63,799 nt of DNA, taken from positions 1 through 63,799 of the IMG/VR virus record IMGVR_UViG_3300020045_002007. One strand, 5' to 3'. This DNA is from a virus. Lineage: Duplodnaviria > Caudoviricetes. The notes beneath the pieces were generated by a model. It was not told where the DNA came from. It saw only the letters and a list, made by a program, of their open reading frames with translations, and made no database searches. Below are positions 47,877 through 55,479 of the stretch, piece by piece (the stretch's first letter is position 1; every line of letters begins with the position of its first letter). The translations under genes were made by a program, and so were the position numbers.

Positions 47877-48288
47877 TCAAAATCTCCGTAGCGCGTCCTG
47901 TTGCGATCAGCCCGTAGGACTCAAGGGCATTCACCCCGGCAACCGTGCGCGGGTCGTCCAGGTCGATGCTTGTGCCGTCTGGGTCAGGCGTGGCCGAGTC
48001 CAAGTCCTCCAGGAACACGCGCAAGCCCGCAGCTTGTGCCCGTGTTTCCATGTCCGCTGATGGGTTGTCCAGCGCAGCCAGTTCAATAGCTACTTTTTCT
48101 TCCGTTGTGAATAGGTTGCGGAATTGCAGCTTCGTGGCGCGGCGGCTTGGCGCGGGCGGCACTACAACTACCTCGGCAACGTGGTTGCACGTGGCGAATT
48201 CCATCCCCGGCCATTCTGTCGGCTCGTCTGCGCTATAGGCGTAAATGACCTCGCCAGCCGTTCTGTTGGTTACAAGCCAAGTGGTCAT
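47860..48288 (-). CDS. fibre assembly chaperone-like protein
   Basis: TKLQFRNLFT.EE...IDLDDP.T..G...L...GLI...RA.EIL. Confidence 0.65.
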   Translation of the reverse strand: MTTWLVTNRTAGEVIYAYSADEPTEWPGMEFATCNHVAEVVVVPPAPSRRATKLQFRNLFTTEEKVAIELAALDNPSADMETRAQAAGLRVFLEDLDSATPDPDGTSIDLDDPRTVAGVNALESYGLIATGRATEILSGNGL

Positions 48289-48527
48289 GCTCGATACTCC
48301 GGTGCGTCAAACTGATGCGACTTGCTATGGGAAAACGACTCGTAGCAGTGCCCGCGACCGAACCACCAATCGACTCGATCAATCCATGCCTGCCGCTGCC
48401 TGCGCCAAAAGTACGAACTGGCAGGCTCGGTTGGGTAACACTCGGCGAACAGGATCGTGCCGAGGAAGATGTCGAGCGCGAGAATCACCCGGTTGTACTT
48501 CTTCGTCAGATCGATGGGGTCGTTCAT
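48285..48527 (-). CDS. small conserved phage protein
   Basis: ALD......P.E..SS...IDRVDWWFG.GHC. Confidence 0.65.
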   Translation of the reverse strand: MNDPIDLTKKYNRVILALDIFLGTILFAECYPTEPASSYFWRRQRQAWIDRVDWWFGRGHCYESFSHSKSHQFDAPEYRA

Positions 48528-48983
48528 TCAATCCTCTATTGGGCAATTGTTTCGTTTGCAGTAGTCGATCCAGGCCCCAACTTTAAGGGCGTCTTCGGCT
48601 GCAAACTGGATGAACTCTCGTTCGCAAGCCACTGGTTTTTCGACGGCGTCATCATCCACCGGGACACTGGGGCCATCTTCGCAGCGGGCGGCGGGCTGAC
48701 ATAAGGCTGGGTTGCGCAGGCAGTAAGCGCGAACAGCGTTGTCGCGAATAATAGGCACTTTGGATTCATATTCTTTCCTCGTTTCTTCAAGGTTCTTCTC
48801 GCGCTGGTCGCCTAGTTCGGTGAGCGCCTTTAGCTGGTCCGCGTTGGCCTGGGCGACGGTCGCTTTGTAGCTGGACAGCTCGTCGCGTTTGCCGAGGTAC
48901 AGGCTCGTCATCAGCGCCAGCAGAGCGGCCAGCACCGCGACAGCGATCCAAGGCGCGGCTTTAATCAGGGTGAATGGGTTCAT
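48528..48983 (-). CDS. i-spanin (Rz-like)
   Basis: N-terminal TM segment, periplasmic coiled coil, Cys residues; lysis cassette. Confidence 0.75.
   Translation of the reverse strand: MNPFTLIKAAPWIAVAVLAALLALMTSLYLGKRDELSSYKATVAQANADQLKALTELGDQREKNLEETRKEYESKVPIIRDNAVRAYCLRNPALCQPAARCEDGPSVPVDDDAVEKPVACEREFIQFAAEDALKVGAWIDYCKRNNCPIED
48536..48769 (-). CDS. o-spanin (Rz1-like lipoprotein), embedded in the i-spanin gene
   Basis: MNPKCLLFATTLFALTA-C lipobox, Pro-rich mature part, alternate frame inside Rz. Confidence 0.75.
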   Translation of the reverse strand: MNPKCLLFATTLFALTACATQPYVSPPPAAKMAPVSRWMMTPSKNQWLANESSSSLQPKTPLKLGPGSTTANETIAQ

Positions 48984-49006
48984 GTAACTATTATACCTCG
49001 TTTTTC

Positions 49007-49174
49007 TTAATCACGGGGTGCTCGTAAGTGTAATGGACAGCTGATAGGCCGTGGACAGTTTTCGCCCAGGCACTCTTCACCGTGCTGATCCCAGTCGCGC
49101 TTACGTAAAACATAGCCCGAAGCGCACGTAACTTCATTCGGCGTGTCATGCTCAAAAGGTAAGGGATAACTCAT
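49007..49174 (-). CDS. 55-aa Cys-rich hypothetical protein (not in ORF track)
   Basis: MSYPLPFEHDTPNEVTC...ECLGENCPRPISCPLH; ATGA overlap with holin. Confidence 0.45.
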   Translation of the reverse strand: MSYPLPFEHDTPNEVTCASGYVLRKRDWDQHGEECLGENCPRPISCPLHLRAPRD

Positions 49175-49395
49175 GGTAACTTGTTTTCAGCGTAGGTCTT
49201 GTAGACTGAGGCGAACAACGCGGTGGCCGGCACTTGGGCTGCTGCCAAAACCGCCGCAATCTCTAATCCAGGAAGGGAGCTGGTAGTGGAAAACACAGTT
49301 CCCCAGTGAGTGATCCACAGCATCTGGCCGAAAGACACGAGCAACAGACTGCGGCTGAAAATCCGGTACTTCTTGAGCCATACGTCAAACTCCAT
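49171..49395 (-). CDS. holin (two TM segments)
   Basis: MEFDVWLKKYRIFSRSLLLV...; next to endolysin. Confidence 0.65.
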   Translation of the reverse strand: MEFDVWLKKYRIFSRSLLLVSFGQMLWITHWGTVFSTTSSLPGLEIAAVLAAAQVPATALFASVYKTYAENKLP

Positions 49396-49405
49396 GATTA
49401 TTCTC

Positions 49406-49819
49406 TCAGGGATAAAAGACTCTGCGACCGGACTTGGGCGCTTTGGTAGTCCAGTGTGACCAATGAAGCGTCGCGTCTGGGTGCTCGATATAGATTCCGC
49501 ATGACTCAAGCCTGTCCTGGTTGGCCATACACCACGCATCAATTGCACCATCAGGATCGTATCGGTCCACAGCCAGACCTTCTTTATGACTTGAACGAGG
49601 AGCACCTTGGGCACAGTCCTGGGGGCGGAATCCGCCGAGGGTTGAACCGCTGATGCCGTTTCCAGTAGAGGGGTTGTCGAGGAACTTCACTCCATCCGCT
49701 TTCGCCAACGCTTCAAGTCGCGAGCAAGCCACGAGCAGGTTGGCAGCGTTGGCCTGACGTACTAGCGTCCAGTCGCCTGAATCAACATGTTTACCGACGT
49801 ATTGCGTTAGCGTAATCAT
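49406..49819 (-). CDS. endolysin, zinc peptidase M15 family
   Basis: GGFRP...SSHKEGLAVD...WSH (SxHxxGxAxD motif). Confidence 0.8.
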   Translation of the reverse strand: MITLTQYVGKHVDSGDWTLVRQANAANLLVACSRLEALAKADGVKFLDNPSTGNGISGSTLGGFRPQDCAQGAPRSSHKEGLAVDRYDPDGAIDAWCMANQDRLESCGIYIEHPDATLHWSHWTTKAPKSGRRVFYP

Positions 49820-50203
49820 TCAAGCTCCAAGTTTGGTTTTAACAACACGAACAATGTCCGTCCATACCGCCGTCGCTAGAAAGCCGAAGAATGCGATCAG
49901 CGCCCACGTCAGGGTAGACTGACTAACCTTTTCCATCATGCGATTACGTACGTCCTGACGCTTGATGAGGTTATCTACAAACTCTGCTCTCAATACCATC
50001 GTATCAACCCCTCCTAGATCTTTCAGGAGGAGGTCTGACTGAGCATCACGTTCATCTTCACGCTTGGCGTGTGGGATAATGACGGCGGTCAGTCGATTGA
50101 TACTGTATAGTATCAGGCGATCAATCTCTCGGCGGTCACCTTTGAGGTAGAGTTCAATCTCCTCTTCGGTGAGGACGTGGGGAGGGGTTTCTTGTACGGG
50201 CAT
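49820..50203 (-). CDS. C-terminally anchored membrane protein (holin/antiholin candidate)
   Basis: TM segment LTWALIAFFGFLATAVW; upstream of endolysin. Confidence 0.55.
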   Translation of the reverse strand: MPVQETPPHVLTEEEIELYLKGDRREIDRLILYSINRLTAVIIPHAKREDERDAQSDLLLKDLGGVDTMVLRAEFVDNLIKRQDVRNRMMEKVSQSTLTWALIAFFGFLATAVWTDIVRVVKTKLGA

Positions 50204-50208
50204 CTCTA

Positions 50209-52926
50209 TTACTCGGCAATGATTTGAACTTTACGCATCCCTACCGTCTTGCCGGTGGCTGGGTCTCTAATTAGTTCGGTAGGCGCATTCATATGTTGCA
50301 TAACAGCCCTTAGACCGTCGACGGTGGCGGTTAGAGCGTCCCCGGTCTTGGCCTTCTCAAGCTGACCTAACATATCTTGCATCTGCTTCATCATAGGGCT
50401 GAAATCGGGGGCTTCTGGCGTTTGCGCCGGGATAGCCGCAACTTGATTTTGCAACTCCAACATCTTGAGTTGGAGAGCCGTTTCATTGTCGTCACGGTTC
50501 TTCATCAACTCGGTCATCTGGTGTTGCTTATTGTCCGCCTCATTCTTGATGAGTTCAATCTGTTGATTCATCTGGTCAGCTTGCTGTTTGGCCTTCAGCT
50601 CGAGGGTCTGGGACTGCATCGCGAACTGATTCTTCAGCGCTTCCAACATCGGAGCCGTCTGGCTCTCCTGCTGTTTCATCTGTTGGTCAAACTGCATCTC
50701 TTGCATCTTGCGGGCCTGTTCAGCCTGATCGACTTGCGTCTTGCGTTGAATCTCGGCCATCGCCGCTTCAAAGGTCTTCTGAATCGCAGGATCAAGTTGA
50801 GGCGGCGGTTGCTTACTCTGCACGATCTTAGCCGCTTCCTGAAGGATCGGTAATAGACCTTGAATGGTTTGCGAGTTCGCTTCCTGAGCCTTCATAGACG
50901 CCATGAGCGCCATCTGGTCCGGACTCATGTTCTGGCCTTGCGATTCAATCATCACTACCATCTGAGCCGACTGAGCCGCGAAGCCATAGTCGAGGATGAA
51001 GTGATCATTGATATGAGTCATGAGTGCGGCGAGTTTCTGTCCGTCTACCTGACCTTGAGCAATCATAGGCTGTAGGATGAACATCAGGTGACACTTGATA
51101 TGTGCAAGGTGATCTTGAGGCTCGACCGCCTTCAGCATCTTCCCTTGCATGATAGAGATGTTCTCGGTGACCGGATCGGCCGTGACGAGTTCATCGGGTT
51201 TCGGTAGGAACTCATCAATACCTTCTACGCGTAGCAGTTCCAGCATACGCCGACGCATAGCGACCTTGTTCCAGGGCACTGAAGGATCTTGTACGTCCGT
51301 GGAAGCCAACTGCATCACGCTCTGCATTTGAGCAAAGCGTTGGGTCTCGCTGAAGATGTTGGGATCGGATACGGGAGCGATGTCGCTACTGTCCAGGAAG
51401 TCCTCAGGCACGAGGTCGAACTTACCGAGGTCAGCTAGCGCGTGTTCCGGGTAGTCCGCAATCAAGCGACAGATGATCTTCAGAGCCTTGCGCTGAGCGT
51501 CGTGCAATCGTGCGTGAATACTAGAGAAGACCTGAGAGCCTTGCTCTATCAGCGCGAGCGCCGTACCGACTGGCATGTTGGCGCCAGCGTCCGCGATACG
51601 CTCTTCTGCGGTAGCGACCACGCCCTTAGCCTGGGCCGTGATCCAATCTAGCAGCTGGAACAGGACCGCAGATGGCGGATTGAACGGAACGGGCATCATT
51701 ACCTTACGGATGTCGTCCGTACCGGCTGGCGCTTCAATCTCCGTTACCGCCGTCATGTCTAGCGTGACGTTCTGACCAGAGGACCGACCACCCTTCAGCT
51801 TGATAGCCGTGGGTGCGTTGTTGATGTGGGCTGAGTCTAGCAGGGCGCGAAGAGCGCCGGTGAGCGCGGCCGCAAGGCCACCGATCAAATGTGGGAAGCC
51901 GATACCATAAGCCCCGCGCCACGGAATGAACTTGTCTTCTACCCACCAGTCCAGACGCTCTTTGCTCTCATCGCTTTCTTTCCAGTTGCGATAAATAGCA
52001 CAGATCTTGCCTGAAGGTTCGTCAATGTGGATGACGTAAGGGGCGATGCCGTCGCCTTCGGCGTCCCAGTTACACGTGACTTCGTAAATGATACGGCAAC
52101 CGTCTTCATTGTAGCCCGAATCGGTCTTGCCTTCGATCTTGTCGGTGGCCTTCTGGGAAGCCGTTTCCTCTACGTTTTGCTCGGACTGTCCGAAGACGTC
52201 GGAGTAGAAGCCGTTGGCGACGTACTCATCAATCTTCTCTTCCGTCAGGTCTTTTTCGTGAGTGATACGGTTAGACGCGTAGAAAGAGTTGGCGGAGAAC
52301 GGCAAGTAGACCTTGTCTACCGGCACGAATTCCATCCGGATACGACGACCATCAAACCAATACTTCTCGTACTGCGAGCCGCCGAGAGGGAGTTGGGTGA
52401 GGAGCGTTTCTTTCTCGGAGCGATACTCAGGCATGCGCTCTACGAGGTAAAAGTTCAGGAAGTCTCTCTTCTTACGGGCCTTGTCTAGCTTCAGTGAAGT
52501 CGCTTCGCCTTGGATCTTGGTACGGACTGGGCCGTTACTCGGGAACAGTTCCTTGATAGCCCTGGCGGAGAAGTCTACGCAGCCTTCAGCGAGTACAGGG
52601 TGAACGACCTTGGCCGCTCCATCAAACGTCGCACCGCCCGGAGCATCGTCGCCCAGACCCGTACGCCGTATACCCTCTTCCTGTTGTTTGTCGCGCTCAG
52701 TGCGAGCTTCCTTGTCCTTCTCAATCAAGTCCAAGAGCGCCGTGGCGATCGTGTTCAGCTCGAAGGTGTCGAGTGATTCAGCCAGGTTGGAATAGAAGTC
52801 GGTGTCTTCCAAAGTATCGGTGTCAGCGTATTCGATTATCGCGCTGCCGTCTTCCAATTCGGTGACTTCCCCCATGAGTTCGGTAGAGGGTGTCGGTTGG
52901 TCGAGGGTTTCGTCGGACTTAGGCAT
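50209..52926 (-). CDS. portal protein with long C-terminal coiled-coil barrel
   Basis: FYSNLAE, F.GA..VVHPVLAE, F.P..G.YG.G..HLIGGL, MPVGT.LAL.E.G..V.S.IHARLH; Q-rich tail. Confidence 0.85.
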   Translation of the reverse strand: MPKSDETLDQPTPSTELMGEVTELEDGSAIIEYADTDTLEDTDFYSNLAESLDTFELNTIATALLDLIEKDKEARTERDKQQEEGIRRTGLGDDAPGGATFDGAAKVVHPVLAEGCVDFSARAIKELFPSNGPVRTKIQGEATSLKLDKARKKRDFLNFYLVERMPEYRSEKETLLTQLPLGGSQYEKYWFDGRRIRMEFVPVDKVYLPFSANSFYASNRITHEKDLTEEKIDEYVANGFYSDVFGQSEQNVEETASQKATDKIEGKTDSGYNEDGCRIIYEVTCNWDAEGDGIAPYVIHIDEPSGKICAIYRNWKESDESKERLDWWVEDKFIPWRGAYGIGFPHLIGGLAAALTGALRALLDSAHINNAPTAIKLKGGRSSGQNVTLDMTAVTEIEAPAGTDDIRKVMMPVPFNPPSAVLFQLLDWITAQAKGVVATAEERIADAGANMPVGTALALIEQGSQVFSSIHARLHDAQRKALKIICRLIADYPEHALADLGKFDLVPEDFLDSSDIAPVSDPNIFSETQRFAQMQSVMQLASTDVQDPSVPWNKVAMRRRMLELLRVEGIDEFLPKPDELVTADPVTENISIMQGKMLKAVEPQDHLAHIKCHLMFILQPMIAQGQVDGQKLAALMTHINDHFILDYGFAAQSAQMVVMIESQGQNMSPDQMALMASMKAQEANSQTIQGLLPILQEAAKIVQSKQPPPQLDPAIQKTFEAAMAEIQRKTQVDQAEQARKMQEMQFDQQMKQQESQTAPMLEALKNQFAMQSQTLELKAKQQADQMNQQIELIKNEADNKQHQMTELMKNRDDNETALQLKMLELQNQVAAIPAQTPEAPDFSPMMKQMQDMLGQLEKAKTGDALTATVDGLRAVMQHMNAPTELIRDPATGKTVGMRKVQIIAE

Positions 52927-52927
52927 A

Positions 52928-55102
52928 TCAGTTTCCCGATTGAATTGCACGAATTATAGCGGATAAATCAGCGACCGTTTCAATTTTATTTGGGCGAACG
53001 CTCCCACCGGATGCAAACTCTTGATTGTTCGTCCAGTCAAACGGGGTGTTTTCGTAAGTGTCTAACTCTTCCTTAGTAATCCAGTCTCCGGTCTTAGGAT
53101 GCTTAGCTAACCCTGTATTCTGCAAGTCACCCACGTCAGACCACTTACCTGACTTCACGAAGTCTTGAACCATCGGCAGGTATTCAGGGTTAGGAGCGCG
53201 GTTTTGCTTACCTTTGATTTGGACGATGGAAGGAGACTTACTATTCACTTCAGCTAGGAAGTCCTTAGCGTTCTGTCTTTGGGTATTTCCTGGGTGATTC
53301 GCGGCAACCCATTGCAAATATTCCATAGGATCTTTTTCATCCCCCACCTCGCTATACATCCTCGCTTCCGTGGGTGTATTTATACCCACTAGATCATCAA
53401 GACGATCGATTTGATCCGGCATTGAGATGCCAGAAGGTTTAACTTCCACCGTCACATGAGGTTGTCCCTTCGCATCCCTCAGCGAGTAGATACGCGAGCG
53501 TCCGCTAGCTACATCATCGCAATAGCCTCCCACGCAGTGGCCCATCGTGTCGCCTTCGTATTTGAGGGCGTCTTGGAGGGCTTGATCTCTAGACTTCATC
53601 CGACCCATCGCTTCTTCGGGAGCCATAGACGTTAGGTCTTGAGTTTCATCCGGTGAGCGCAACTCCACCCACTTCATTCCCTGCTCCGGATACTCTTTGT
53701 GCATCACGGTCGCCGCGTTGTTAGCCTTCGCCGCATCCGCTTCAGCCTTCATAGCTGACCGCCAAGCGTTGATAGCCGACACGCGCTCTACTGCCTGAGG
53801 AACCGACACCTTGTCCAACCGGTCGGCGGGGAATTGCAGATGGCGAGGGAGGCCTGATTCAGGATTGATAGAGTTAGAGAGTTCGTCTATGAGGTGATTG
53901 AAGCCGAGGTCGGCATTAAGTGAATCCAGCTCATGAACAATAGCGTTATCGTGGACTCGCTCCATATTCATCAAGCTTGACTTAGGCATAAGCGCGTAAG
54001 GGCTACGAGCGTATTCCATAGTCATGGGTTTTATCCCCGTATCGGTGATATCTTCCCAATCTTGGGCTAGCGGCGACTTACCCATACGCTGACCGACAGC
54101 ACCGTTAGTCAAATCAGCAGCTAAGCCTCTATCAACTGACGCATCTGGAACCCTGCCGGGTGTATAATGCAATACTCCTCGCTCAGCCAACGCTCGGATA
54201 GGATCTTCCGGAGTTGCCATATCATTGCGTACGTAGCGAGTGAGGGCTTTGTCTATCCAGCTGTTGATGGAAGCGGCTCTATCATGTAGAGGTATAACAG
54301 GGTTTCCCATCGGTCCAGCATGTTGTTTCAACCCCTTCAACGCTCCCTCTACCGAGCCTTCCAGCCAGTTACCACCCTTGTTCTTGATCACTCCTCCGAT
54401 CATAGCAAGTGGTGACAGTCCTTTCGCCAACATAGCGAGCTTAGTCGGTATCCCGGAACCTATCAGGTCGTCAGGGCTGATCATAGGAGCTTCAAGTGCA
54501 GGCTCAACTTCGTATTCAGGTTGCCAACGCTCGCCGCCGGACTTACTCATCACGGAGGCTTTACGAGCCGCTTCGGCTTGTCGCTGAGGTTGGGTTTCCA
54601 TGTAGCGAGTGAGTACGCCGGTGCGGGGTGTAGTGTTCACGGTGCCTCCTGAGGCGAAGTTGTCCTTAGCCCATCGCAGAGCTTTCTGATCACGTTCTTT
54701 TTGGGATAGCTGACGTCCGAGTTCTTTGTCGGCATTCGCGGCGAACACTCCAGCGACGTTTTCATCATAGTCGGCTTGAGCGTCCGCTTCCAGATTAGGG
54801 TCGAACGTCGTCATGTAATCAGCGAGTTGATAGGCTCGCGCCATATCGACCGCGTCTTTGAGTGGAACATCGCGAGCGCCGAAGTCATAGCCGCCTCCAT
54901 AGTTCAAGGCTCTATCAATTTCGTTACGATTTACTCTAGGGAGTTGAAGCTGTTGACGGAACCGCTTGAGAGCGCCTTCTGGATACTTTCCATGCGCTCC
55001 ACTTGCATCCCAATGCTTGAATTGAAGTCCCGCTCCACGTAGTAATGTGCCGAACTTATCAAGAAGCGGTAATTCAGCGAGGGGGAGAGGTTTGTCAGAC
55101 AT
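52928..55102 (-). CDS. multidomain (polyvalent-type) protein with PcfJ-like domain and two FASGG motifs
   Basis: EGDTMGHCVGGY...IYSLRD..G.PHVTVEV...QIKGKQN. Confidence 0.65.
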   Translation of the reverse strand: MSDKPLPLAELPLLDKFGTLLRGAGLQFKHWDASGAHGKYPEGALKRFRQQLQLPRVNRNEIDRALNYGGGYDFGARDVPLKDAVDMARAYQLADYMTTFDPNLEADAQADYDENVAGVFAANADKELGRQLSQKERDQKALRWAKDNFASGGTVNTTPRTGVLTRYMETQPQRQAEAARKASVMSKSGGERWQPEYEVEPALEAPMISPDDLIGSGIPTKLAMLAKGLSPLAMIGGVIKNKGGNWLEGSVEGALKGLKQHAGPMGNPVIPLHDRAASINSWIDKALTRYVRNDMATPEDPIRALAERGVLHYTPGRVPDASVDRGLAADLTNGAVGQRMGKSPLAQDWEDITDTGIKPMTMEYARSPYALMPKSSLMNMERVHDNAIVHELDSLNADLGFNHLIDELSNSINPESGLPRHLQFPADRLDKVSVPQAVERVSAINAWRSAMKAEADAAKANNAATVMHKEYPEQGMKWVELRSPDETQDLTSMAPEEAMGRMKSRDQALQDALKYEGDTMGHCVGGYCDDVASGRSRIYSLRDAKGQPHVTVEVKPSGISMPDQIDRLDDLVGINTPTEARMYSEVGDEKDPMEYLQWVAANHPGNTQRQNAKDFLAEVNSKSPSIVQIKGKQNRAPNPEYLPMVQDFVKSGKWSDVGDLQNTGLAKHPKTGDWITKEELDTYENTPFDWTNNQEFASGGSVRPNKIETVADLSAIIRAIQSGN

Positions 55103-55137
55103 GGGAACAACCTTGAGTAAGATTGTTCCCGATTATA
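55103..55137 (-). promoter_or_regulatory. RBS-sequestering hairpin overlapped by a -10 box
   Basis: Minus strand TATAAT-C-GGGAACAATCTT-ACTC-AAGGTTGTTCCC-ATG. Confidence 0.65.
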
Positions 55138-55139
55138 CG

Positions 55140-55445
55140 TTATTCTTCAGTGGAAGGCAAGGGCTGCTCCGCATCCCCAGGCGCAAGCGGCAACTCACTC
55201 GTCTTTCTTGGCTTGCTGATGGGTCGAACTGGGTACAGCGAACACTTAGTCACGGTACAGGCTTCCACCTGCTGACGCCAGTTGCCGGCTCCCTTGTCTT
55301 GAGGGTCATAAATGCAATCGCGGCAGTACCCGTTAATCGCACCGCGTAAGCTGTGTTTAGGAGCAGCGTCCTCTTCTAACGTGGCGTCTCCCACGTTCTC
55401 TACAACCAACGGGTCATCCTCAATAGCACGGGCTAAGTCATTCAT
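55140..55445 (-). CDS. small zinc-binding protein
   Basis: AINGYCRDC.YDP...WRQQV..C....C.LYP.RP; SD AGGAGA. Confidence 0.75.
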   Translation of the reverse strand: MNDLARAIEDDPLVVENVGDATLEEDAAPKHSLRGAINGYCRDCIYDPQDKGAGNWRQQVEACTVTKCSLYPVRPISKPRKTSELPLAPGDAEQPLPSTEE

Positions 55446-55479
55446 AGTTATCTCCTGTAAAGCGCTAATTATACCCTAC

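Noticed and set aside
30891-48527. Diversity-generating retroelement or invertible fibre cassette
   Set aside because: No reverse transcriptase or invertase, and no template/variable repeat pair noticed
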